Source: Camelus ferus
Lineage: Eukaryota
Direction: 5' to 3'
NCBI RefSeq assembly: GCF_009834535.1
Contig: NC_045697.1
Location: forward strand, 51,834,001-51,898,000
Length of the DNA: 64,000 nucleotides
The position numbers and the translations under genes were made by a program. Numbering within the stretch: position 1 is the first letter of the stretch; each line of letters starts with the position of its first letter. The notes beneath the pieces were generated by a model. That model did no database searches and was not told the DNA's origin. It saw only the letters and a list, made by a program, of their open reading frames with translations. This document shows, piece by piece, positions 26,440-38,139 of the stretch.

Positions 26440-29360
26440 TTTTTTTTTTTTTTTTTTTTAGGCTCTATAGTTTATTTTTCCTATTTATTTTTTAAACATT
26501 TTTTTATTGAGTAATAGTCATTTTACAATGTTGTTTCAAATTCCAGTGTAAAACACAATTTTTCAGTTATACATGAACATACATATATTCATTGTCACAT
26601 TTTTTTTTCACTGTGAGCTACCACAAGATCTTGTATATATTTCCCCGTGTTATAAAGTATGGTCTTGTTTATCTGTTCTACATTTTAAAATCCCAGTCTG
26701 TCCCTACCCCCCATCCCCTTGGCAACCACAAGTTTGTATTCTATGTCTGTGAGTCTGTTTCTGTTTTGTATTTATGTTTTTGTTTTTCTTTTTGTTTTTT
26801 TTAGATTCCACATATGAGTGATCTCATATGATATTTTTCTTTCTCTTTCTGGCTTACTTCACTTAGAATGACATTCTCCAGGAACATCTATGTTGCTGCA
26901 AATGGCATTATGTCGTCGGCTTTTGTGGCTGAATAGTATTCCATCATATAAATATACCACATCTTCTTTATCCAGTCATCCGTTGATGGACACTTAGGCT
27001 GTTTCCATGTCTTGGCTATTGTAAATAGTGCTGCTATGGACATTGGGGTGCAGATGTCATTTTGAAGTAGGGTTCCTTCTGGATATATGCCCAGGAGTGG
27101 GATTCCTAGGTCATATGGTAAGTCTATTCCTAGTCTTTGGAGGAAGCTCCATACTGTTTTCCACAGTGGCTTTCTTGCTTCCCTCTCCCACTCTTAATGA
27201 TTTGGATGTCTTCTTTTACAATTTTGTGTCTATTCTATTTGTAATTCATGGTAGTTATCACCTTTCCAGTTATGAGTTTCTCATTTTTGTAGCATCTTGC
27301 TGCTTTTCTATTTAGAGTAGACCTGCCAATATTTCTTTTAGCATGGGTTTAGTGTTGCTAAACTCTTTTAGTTTTTGCTTGTCTGTGAAGTTCTTTATCT
27401 CTCCTTCTATTCTAAAGGATAGCCTTGCTGGATAGAGTATCTTAGGCTGCATTTTTTTCACTCAGGACTTTGAATATATCTTGCCACTCCCCTCTGGCCT
27501 GTAGTGTTTGTGTAGAGAAATCAGCTGAGAGCCTTATGGGGGTTCCCTTGTAACTCACTCTCTGTTTTTCTCTTGCTGCCTTTAGGATCACTTCTTTATC
27601 CTTGACTCTGGCCATCTTGATTATGATATGTCTTGGTGTGAGTCTGTTTGGGATCTTCCTGTTTGTGACCCTCTGAGCCTCCTGTACTTGGATATCTGAT
27701 TCCTTCTTTAGGTTTGGGAAGTTTTCAGTCATGATTTCTTCCAATACCTTTTCATACTGCAGAATAAAGAACAATACCTTTGTTCTTTCTTCCCCTTCTG
27801 GAACCCCTATTATGCGTAGATTGGCATGCTTTATATTATCCCATAGGTCCCTTATATTGTTTTCATTGTTTTATTTGTTTTTCTCTTAGCTGTTCTGATT
27901 GGGTGCTTTCTGTTGTCCTGTCTTCTAGGTCACTTATTCATTCCTCTGCATTATCTAGTCTGCTTTGTACAGCCTTTAGGTCAGCTCTCTTCTCAGCAAA
28001 TGAGTTTACTAATTTTACTTGGTTCTTCTTTATAGCTTCTATTTCATTTTTGACATATTTTATATTTCCAAACACTATCTCTTTCAGTTCCTTCAGTACT
28101 TTGATCACTCCTTTTTTGAAATCTTGATCTAGTAGGCCATCAATGTCTATTTCATTGATCGTGCTTTCAGGGGATTTCTCTTGATCTTTTAATTGGGAGT
28201 GGTTCCTCTGTTTCTTCATATTGCTCATATCTCTCTGGCACTGTGGCCCGGTGGGCAGGCAGGTCACTCCCCCTCCCGATGCTGCAGTCAGATGCCTCGC
28301 TCAGGAAAGGCAGGTGGGTGGATCATGCCCCCTCCGAGCACCGCAGTCAGGTGCTGCATTCCTGCCAGGAAGGCGGGTGGCCACCCGCCCTCTCCTGGTG
28401 CTGGTCGCTTCACTGCTCTGTGCAGCTGCCCACTCTTCCTTGGGTCAGTGCTCTGTAGGCAGGCTCGAGGAAGACTGCAGAACAGCCCCGCCTCTGCTCT
28501 GTGCCAAATCTCAGCTCCTTGTTTGTCTTGGTGGCGTGAGTTCTCTGAGGTGCCAGGGCAGAAAGATCCTATCTGCCTCGGGCTATAAACAAGTCTCAGT
28601 CTTGCCTAGGAGGTTGCAAAGCCCCTGGGTGCGGATTCAGGGCTCAGCCCCATCCCCGCCCGGGCGCTCCCACAGGAGGAGATGGCGGCTGTGGCTGTGC
28701 CCCACCTCTTCTCTTGAGAAGCACCCATAATGGTGCCGTGGGTCTGAGGAGACAAAGGCTATGGTGCCCCTCCCCCCAGGGCACACCAGCCTTGCTGCTT
28801 TGCTTTTTTTACAATTTATGGGGGACCGAGGTTGTTCTGCTCCATATCCCCTCCCAGCTACAACACACAGCACCCTGCAGTCCCCCAAGGCTGCGTCAGT
28901 GCCTCTGCCCCAGTTCTCCGCCCAGCTCGGGTGGCCTGTCCCGGTTCCCAGCTGCCGGCTCGCGTCTTGGACTGGGTGTCGCGGGGACCCTTTGTGCCCG
29001 TTTAACTTAGTTCTGTCAGTCAAGGGGTGCTCGGAGCAGATCTGAGCCTCTGAGGCTCCCCCTCTGTCCCGTTGGCCTCTCCTTTGGAGTGGGGAGACCC
29101 AGCGAACGAACGCTAGTCCTCCTTTGCCGCTCCCTTCCCACGGGACCCATCCCGCACTGTTTTGTTTTTTATTCTTTCTTTTTTCCTTTTCTACTACCTG
29201 ATTTTTGGCATCTTTGTCTTTCAAAGAGGGCAATGTTCTGTCAGAGTTCGGCAGGTGCTCTATTTGGCTGAGTGGGTCCGTAGATGTGAGTTTTGGTGTA
29301 TTTGTGGGAGAGGGTAAGCTACAAGAGTCCTCCTACTCCACCATCTTGCTTCTCTTTCTC
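26440..29360 (-). mobile_element. Nested antisense L1 with 5'UTR, ORF1 and 3' end but lacking almost all ORF2 (~2.9 kb)
   Basis: polyT 26440-26459, 3' end to ~27170, inter-ORF/ORF1 ~27171-28228, GC-rich 5'UTR to ~29360; TSD tgga(c/g)ggaacttt at 26430-26442 and 29361-29373. Confidence 0.9.
27312..28228 (-). pseudogene. L1 ORF1p, full span but disrupted
   Basis: MSNMKKQRNHSQLKDQEKSPE…(stop)…ENFPNLKKESDIQVQEAQR…TPRHIIIKM…ILKAAREK…PIRLSADFS…(frameshift)…ILYPARLSF…GLL*. Confidence 0.9.
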
Positions 29361-31619
29361 TGGAGGGAACTTTAATTTGAAAGGATACATGCACCCCAAT
29401 GTTTATAGCAGCACTAATTTACAATAACCAGGACATGAAAACAACCTAAATGTCCATTAACAGATGATTGGATAAAGAAGATGTGGTATATATATGCAAT
29501 GCAATACTACTCAGCCATAAATAAAGAATAAAATAATGCCATTTGCAGCAACATGGGTGGACTTGGAGATTGTCATTCTAAGTGAAGTAAGCAAGCAAGA
29601 AAGAAAAATACTATACAATATCACTTATATGTGGAATCTAAAAAAAAGGAAACAAATGAACTTATCTACAAAGCAGAAACAGACTCACAGACATAGGGAA
29701 CAAACTTATGGTTACTAAGGGATAAAGTGGGTGGGATGGGATAAGTTGGGAGTTTGAGATTTTCAGATACTACTGTATATAAAAGAGATAAACAACAAAT
29801 TCATACTGTATAGCACAGGAAATGATATTCAATATCCTGTAGTAACCTACAATAAAAATGAAAAAGGATGTGAAAAGGAATATATGTATGTATATGTTTG
29901 ACTGAAACATACTGTACACCAGAAATTGACACAACATTGTTAACTGACTACATTTCAACTAAAAAAAAAAAAAAAAAAAGAACTCAAATTTTTTAAAAAA
30001 AGGAAAGACAAATATAAATGCAATAGCTAAAATCAAAGTCACCCTAGTCATCTGATTTACATCCTCTGTTTACCTGGATATGTGTGTATAGCCAAGCAAA
30101 GCAAATGAAAAATTAATATAAAGTTAGAAAAGAAAAACAGAAAAAGCTACTGAATCAGGAGAGTTTGCAATACACACCTAAGAGTTATTGTTTTTTAAGC
30201 ACAATGGATAATTTTGATAAACATCCCTAGTTAAAAATCATAGTAGGGCAATGAAGGAAAAGAGCTGAAAGGAGAGGATGGGGAGAAATCTTTGAAAATT
30301 AACAAATAGAAATGAAATTTCTTAGAATGAAAAATAGAAGTAACTAGACTATCAGGGAAATTTTTCCAACAGTCTTTCTTTCTCTTGATAGTCAAACAGT
30401 GTTGGCAGAAATTTATTAACACGTGAGCTACAATGAAGCTTAGCTTACTGAACTCTGAGTATTCTAGGCTGATAAGAACTTTTTCTTGATCTGAATATAG
30501 TTTTTTTTTTTTTAAGTCTTTTGACTTGTTAATTGCCACCTCTAGGGCTTTAGTGCCCTTATACCATTACTTTTCTATGGGATATGTCTTAACTGCTACT
30601 GGGAAAAAATACAGACATTGCTGGGAGGAAAACCAATGACATGAAAAGAATAGGTACCAAGTCTTACTCTCTCTTGATATAAAATAGTTCCTCACAATAT
30701 TCTGAAGGTAAAAGGAGGAAATACCCTAAAGACTTTTAGGATAGTCAGCTTATAATGATAAAAGGCATTTAATGATCAAGAACAAAAGAAAGAATTTCAA
30801 AGGTTAATTCCATCATTTAAAATTTCATCCTTGAAGTCTAATGTCCTATAATGCAGGTGAGCTCCATCAAGCTGCTTCTAAGAAAACAGTTTGGTGTGAT
30901 TTATTACAATAGAAGGCTTTGTTTTCCAATGTATTTGGCTTTTCAGCCATTTCCTTTCTCTGCCAGAAGTCATTTAGGTAAAACTTACCATTGACATGTC
31001 CTAACAAAGAATCACACCTTAGAACTCAGGAGGAAAAAAATAGAGGTGATCTTTTCTAACCTTTCCTTTTTAAAGATATGGAGATTGAAGACTATTGTTA
31101 GCTTACTTACCTAGCGTCAAGTTACCTAGTTAATGCAGGACCAGACTTGTTTTGTCTCTGGCTCCAGATTTTAATTCCACTTCACTTTAACATTCATGTT
31201 AATAGTCATTACTACACAGGTTGCAAAAATATATCTGAAGGAGATTTTGTAATCTGAAGTGAAGAATATATACACTCAGTGCTTTGGTTGGACCACTCAA
31301 AAAAGTAGGCTATGATAAGAACCAACGTGTAACATCATAGTGACACCACTGATCTTTACTCTTTTCTTAATTTTCTGACCTGGTTTATAGTTATCAACTC
31401 AAACCTCAAAACTCCAACTAATCAAAATAATATAGGAGTCAGAAGCATGTATAGTAGATAAGAACAATGGCTTTAAACTTTTTTTAGAGACATGGATTTA
31501 TTTATGAATTTGAGGCAAACCAGGAAAAATGTATTATATATAATAAAGTCCATTTGAAACTCATCCAGATAAGAACCTTGATATAGACCCAACATAGTCA
31601 CTCCCAATTGCCAAATCTA

Positions 31620-32560
31620 AGGTATATGAGCAAAAATAATGATAGCAATGGATTATAATACATACAGTAAAAGAAATTCTTGTAAGTTCATACAGACATA
31701 AATAATTGAGTATGTAAATTGTTTACTAATACAATATAATAATTGACTAAGTAAGTGGTAGGGGGGCAGTTCTTCCCTATAGTTGAATTCCAGGTAATAA
31801 ATGTAGCAGGAATGATAGAAGTAAAAAAACAAATTACTAATTGTCAAACTGTAGAGTAATAATTTTTGCAGGCAAGTGTCAGCAACAAATGGCAAAATTA
31901 GTGGATACAAATATAATGAGAAATAGGATATATACATAGTCCCAAAGTATCTCTTCACAAAGGAGTTATTAATCACAAAGGGAAAACTAGTAACTTTACA
32001 TTTGTGAAAGCTGGCACAAAGCATCTTAACCATGGGGTCAAAGTTAATCTTACCCCTAATGAGTCTTATTAACACCCTGTGTGTCCTGATACAATGTTCT
32101 GGAAGGGCCCAACATAACTTTTGTGATATTATTGGTAAAAACTCATAACCTGAATTTAATCATGAGGAGTTATATCATAATAATTCAAATTGAGGGGCAT
32201 TCTACAAAATAACTGACCAGTACTCTTCAAACTATCAAGGTCATGAAAGAAAAAGAAAAACTGAGGAACCGTCCCAGATTTAGGAAGACTAAGAAGATAT
32301 GACAACTGAATGTCATAGATTGGATCATGGACCAATAAAAGGATATTAGTGGTACAATTGACAAAATTTTAAGTGGATCACTAGATTAATTGATCACATT
32401 AATGTTAATTATCTAGATTTGTACTATGTACTGTGGTTATGAAAACTGTTAGCATTTGGAGAATCTGGCTGAAGGGTATGTGGAAATTCTTTGTTCTATA
32501 TTTGTAACATTTTTTGTAAGTCTGAAATTATTTGAAACTAAAGATAAAAGTTAAAGATAA
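31620..32560 (+). mobile_element. Old L1 (L1MC/L1ME-type) 3' region
   Basis: attctacaaaataactgaccagtactcttcaaa…gtcatgaaaga…tgtactgtggttatg…tttttgtaagtctgaaattattt. Confidence 0.65.
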
Positions 32561-34749
32561 AAATCAGTGCATTAAAAGAACCCCAGATTTGCTGTTTCCC
32601 CTTGTTTCATTTATTGTGTTTTTAACCTTTAAAGGTTATAACATAAAATCATTTTTTTTGAGACTTCAATTATGGGTAGGGATAGGTTGTCAGAGAGAGT
32701 TATTTATGTGTTTCTGCTAAGCACAAAATGAGGAAATATGTGATGAATATGAGATATAATAGTAAATAAAATCAATATTGAAAATTATAAACCATTACTC
32801 TTAAACATCAACTTTCACTAAAGCATAACTGACATACAATAAAATATGCATTATAAGTGTACGGTTTGGTCAGGTTTTATTCAAAGTTACATTTGTTGTT
32901 TCAGCATAGTTTTCTTCCATATATCTTCAGAGTTTATAGTGAACAATTGAGTCTTGCCTGTCTGTCTTCCCTTTCTTAGTTCATGGCTCTCTTAGGCACC
33001 CATTTATTCAACCAGAAACCTTCTAATAGGATAGAGATGTTTCCCCCCAGGGGATGCACTTTACTAGGGGAAATTAGGTTTATAAATTAATATGTACAAT
33101 GCAATCTAGAAAGTGCTAATTGATTGAAAGCAAATATAGATTCTGGACTATGAGGAAAGAGTATTAGAGATGCCTTTGAAGTAGGGGAGTAAGGAAGGCT
33201 ATGAGGAAGAAGTGTGCTTGAACTAGGCCTTGAAGGTTATTTAGAAGTTAGATCTTTGAAGAAGGATGACAGGGAATTCCAGGCAGAGAAGGTAGTTAAA
33301 TATTCAAAGCTCCAAACAGATGCACAGCATGTATTTGAATTTGGCTATATATAGGTTGCATGAAGGAAATTAATGCAAAATAAGAAAATGAAGATAGATA
33401 GCAATTATACGACTCCCCAGAGAGGGTTTCTCCTCTTTGTTTAGTTATATTTAAAAACTAGTTACTGAGCCAACAATGGATGGATATTTACTACATTTAA
33501 GACATAAGGAGGATATAAAGAAAATTCTTGGCAGGTTAAGAACAGGAAGCACAAAGTTTAGTGAAGATGATAAAATGAACTCTTCTAAATGTTAGTTTGA
33601 TTTGGAAGAAGTACAAGCTGATGCTGTAGGATCATGCCATTTTTGTTATTGTTGGAACTGGTTAAATTTTTTGCCAAATTGCTAAGTGAAAGTCAATTAA
33701 AAGGACATAAAAGACAAGTGTTCCATCTACTCTAATCCCTTTGGAAGCTAGAATTTCCCGCAGCCACTACAACACCTAACTAGTATTTACCATCATTTAT
33801 CTTGACTCTACAAACCACTGGCACTTTTCTTTCTTTACATATTCAGTTTTACACACTTTGGTGATGGAGTCTGAAGGCATCACTGTCTTATTGTCCTTTC
33901 TTTGTCTGTTGCAATGCTTTCCTGTTTAACATATCCATTTAAGACAGGATAAAGGGAAGATTAGAGAAAACTAATATTCCGAGATTAACTAAAATCAGCC
34001 CACCTAACTTGCATCCAAAAGGAGTCCAAAAAGTAGATCAAGGGTTGGTTTTCACAATCGTTAATAAAACTGACATCAGAATTTGAAATCCACATATATT
34101 GGGAATAGTAGGCAAAATGTCACATGAACAGTATTTTTATGAAAGTGAATCTGTTTATTCCTTAAGCATTTGTTGAATCATAAACACAATGATCCCTACC
34201 TTCAAGAAGCTGATAATATGAATCAAAAACCAAGAATGCCATCAGAAGCATATTATTGTAATCCCTTGACCTTATAGATGAGGAAGTAACCACATGTATA
34301 TTCTATACTATTTTGGTTACAGTAGTTACTGTTGGTCAGAAGAAATAAAGTATGTCAGCTTCAGAAAACCTCATCTTTTCACAATTTCTGTTGTGTTCAG
34401 AATCAAGGCAATGGGTAATAGATATCATGGCAATTAAAATCCACTTTCACACCTTGGTTCTGTGGTCTCTCCAAAATAACTTTCTTCCCATTGTTTCTTC
34501 CTCCCCTGCTTCCCCATTTTTCTTTTCTGGTAATATTTCATTTATCGAGATCAGGATCAACTCTCAGCTCCTATGAGGCTTTCATAAATCATTTCCTTTT
34601 TCTTCTAAAATGTGTGAATTCCTTGGCAGCAGCTGCCTAGTAGGTTGTTTGTTCCTTGAGTGCAATTACTATACGTTATTAAGCTTCCTATTTCCAACAT
34701 CAAAAAGAATGTTGGCCACATAGTACACATCCAATAAAAATTTAAATGA

Positions 34750-35500
34750 TTCAGTCTTTTAATAAATATTTAATGCTGTATACCAGGTATTCAGTTGGGA
34801 ACACAGAAGACATTTAATGCTGTATACCAGGTATTCAGTTGGGAACACAGAAGGCCTTACTCGGATTACAGACTGGTGGGGAAATCAAGTAAAGACATCG
34901 AAGGTTATGATAAGAGCTATACAGGGCACCAACAGTTTGCCTGGAAAGGAAATAACAGGGCAAATGGATGATAGGGATTCTGCATTGACAAGATGGTCAA
35001 GAAAGCCTTTCCCCAGAAGTGATGGCTAAATTGAGATTCAAAATAAAAGAAAGAGCCAGTCATTGAACAAGGGCAAGTGTTTTGGTTACGAAAAGGAAGC
35101 CACTGTGGCTTGAGTTAAGCATACAAGGAGTCAGGTGGAGCTTGACAAAAAAGGCAAGCACCTTTCCGGTCACGGGAGGAGATCGAATTCAATTTTGAGT
35201 GAGTTAATGGGAAGCCATTGAAGGCCTCTTTCTGTGTTGTAAAGAATAGAATGGAGAGGTTTTGGGACAAAGAAGACAGATCAATTGGTTATCAATTGTA
35301 GATGTCTAGGCAAGAGGTAATGGTTTATTAGACAATGGTGGTTGAAATAATAAGGGAGTATTTATGGTAGAATCAGTAGAATTTGTCAGTGGATCAAAGA
35401 AGGGGCTGAGGCAAAGGGAGGAATCCACCATGATGTACACTTTTCTGACTTGACTTCTGCTGGATGATGGTGGCATCCATGCAGATGGGGTGGTCTATGA
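34750..35500 (-). mobile_element. L2 LINE remnant (similar remnants ~21550-22150, 33000-33400, 36730-37350, 38680-39150)
   Basis: Purine-rich L2-like phrases (aataaatattt…aatgggaagccattgaagg…gtctaggcaagaggtaatggt); very degenerate. Confidence 0.55.
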
Positions 35501-37578
35501 AAAAAAACATAGATTGTGTGGAATCAAGGTTAGTGATGAAATCTTTGAAGATGTGTGAAATCATCTAGTTTTAGGTCTAGGTTCAAAAGAATGATTCAAT
35601 GTTATTAAGGATGGAGGCTCGTACTACTACCAACGAACGTTTAGCCTGTGCTCTGTGCCCAGTCCTGTGCTGTTTCGCATGAATTATATAATACTCCTCA
35701 ACTATGAAATATGTTCATTTTTAGCCCCAGTCTGTAAATTAGGGGGTTGAGATTTGGAGAAGTTACGTGACCTTCTCAGAGTCAGACAGCTAATGGGTGG
35801 CACAGCCAAGACGAGCCTGGAGGGACTTTTGCCACCAGAACCCAGTGATCTTCCTCCCTAAGCTTTACTGACTCATGTTACAAAGTCGAGGCGTTTTGTA
35901 TACCCACTGCAAAATACAACTCTGATGTCTTTACTTCACCTATTTCTGTGTCTTGTTAGAATACCATTCAAGTCACTGAAATTGAGAGTTCAATTACTTG
36001 CCTAGTTGAATCGAATCAGTCAGCAATCTAGTTTAAGAGTCTCTCTAACAGGGTGATAAAGCAGATTTTGCCATTAAGGGGGTGGTTTGTTTTCTTTCAA
36101 TGTGCCAGATGTTCCCTGTCACCAACACTTTGCTGTGGCAAGTATCCCTGTCATTTTCGAAGATCTATGAAGTGATCTGGGTCTATTATGTCTATTAAAA
36201 TTGTCAGTGCCCTGCAGAGAATTAAGTCTATGCCTTAATCTCAGGATTTACCAAAAGAAAAGAAAACAATTCGTTTAAAAGGATGCCTCCCAGTATGAAA
36301 AACAATCTTGTACTTTCCAGTAATTCTTAATAATTAAAAGAGAATTTGTTATTTTTTTTAACATACTGATATTGGCTCCTATGATGGATAATAAACTAAT
36401 AACTCATAGATGTGTTTTCTGGACGTGGCAGACTTCCCTACCTCATATTTTTTAAAGAAAGTATAGTATATACTCCCCAGAAGTACTCTAGTCCTCATAG
36501 AGCGTTAATGGACTTACTCAAAGGTTAGCAAATAAATGTGATTTTGGTTACTTAATGATGATTCAATCTCTACACTACTTTTGATTTCTTAACTAGTGTT
36601 TCTGAAAATGTTGAATGTGAGTGCAAGGCAGATTTATCTGAGGAGTGTACATGTTCAGGCAACTAGAGCAGATCATGTAGCAGTTTTCTATTTTGGGTTA
36701 TTATCTTTAATTATCTTTAATCTATTTTCACACCCTAGGCCAAGTCCTGTTAGATTCTAGGGGGACAAAAATTAATAAAATTTAGCTCCTTTTCACAGCA
36801 AGCTAATTCTAGCAGGTAAAATTTAAAAATCAAGAAATAATAATAATAAAATATGATCAGTTCTTCAAAAGATTAAGCCACAAAGTACTATGTAAACATT
36901 AATTGAAAAGAAAGGGATGTGGTTTGGCAAATATGCCATTGGCAAATGAAATCTTCACAGAGGATGTGTCATTTGAGTTGGACTTTAGGGAATGAACTGT
37001 CATTTCTCTGCTAGAGAAAGAGAGGTCTTGGGAGTCTTGGAAGATGGGGAACAGATTATAAAAGAATTCTAAAAGTGGTAGTTCATGATGTGTTTGGGGA
37101 CACTGGAGATATGTCTGTTGGTGAAATTGAAGAGTATTTAGGGGAGATGGCAGAAGATAAGGCTAGGCAAAACTTCTGGTCTACCTTTAGAAAAATATAT
37201 GTGCCATTCTAAGAAGTTTGAATTTCATCTTGCTAATTTCATCTTGCTAATGAAGTGTCACAGAGGGTTTTAAAGAGGGTCAGTCTGTGTTTTAAAAAGA
37301 ATTCTGGATGAATTAGAATGATTTGGAGGAAGAGACTCTGTTAGAGGCTGTGCTATGAACATAAACACATAGTATATAAGTGCCAGGATTGGGGGACACA
37401 CCACAGTCTATCTGGCTTCAAGCTCCGTGTGGCTTACACTACCCCTCCCTGCCTCAACAAAGTGTCTTAATGTCCCCAGTATGGATTGAACATACCAGGT
37501 CACAGAGACAGAGTGGAGTAGACACAAGTCAGTTTAGCTGCCTCTTATATAAACATGTACATTATCCCTGTAATATCC

Positions 37579-38139
37579 TGTTACCCAACAAAAGTTCATG
37601 AGCCCGATGCACTGTGAGACCAAACAAACTAAAACATCAGAGTTTGGATCAGAGAAAGGTTTGTTGCAGGACCAACCAAGGAGAACAGATGGCTTGTGCT
37701 TGAAAAACCCTAACTCTCTGAAGGTTTTCAGGGAAAAGTTTTTATAGGCGAAATTTGGGATGACATGTGTGTGTGACTTTCTCCTGATTGGTTGGTGCTT
37801 AAGTAACAGGGTGGTGTTCCGGGAATCTTGTACTCACCCTAAAGTTACTATCTTTCACCTGGGTAGGGGCTTTAGTTCCTGCAGAAGAACTTAAAGATAT
37901 TGTTATGTATTTCCCTTGAGGAAGAACCAGGACCCAGCCCCAAGGCTGCGCTATTGTTTCTTGACCGTTCCCCCTTGTTTCTGTATTCCCTCCTTTCTCT
38001 GATTATTGAAATATTTGAATCTGCCCTTTGGAACTCAGGGAAAGTCAGGGAAGCTGTGAAACCTATTTCCTACAAACAAGAAATGGGACACACAGAAATG
38101 ATTTGTAACAGGGAGGACCCACCGGGTCCTACTGTTTCA
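37579..38139 (-). mobile_element. ERV1-type solo LTR
   Basis: TGTTACC…TTTCA termini, ctgattgg (CCAAT on the minus strand), layout typical of laurasiatherian ERV1 LTRs; no clear TSD. Confidence 0.7.

Larger units (their letters stand above)
22198..29980 (+). mobile_element. 5'-truncated L1 (inter-ORF region, disrupted ORF2, 3'UTR, polyA), host of two nested L1s
   Basis: ORF2 remnants ([77 protein letters not shown]) with many stops and frameshifts. Segments are 22198-23275, 23855-26439 and 29374-29980. Confidence 0.95.

Noticed and set aside
28193..29271. Long overlapping ORFs (131-198 aa) on both strands
   Set aside because: They lie in the GC-rich L1 5'UTR where stops are rare, and show no recognisable domains.
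37221..37251. Short tandem duplications (aatttcatcttgct x2; also ttatctttaa x2 at 36701-36720)
   Set aside because: Ordinary slippage duplications in neutral intron or L2 sequence.
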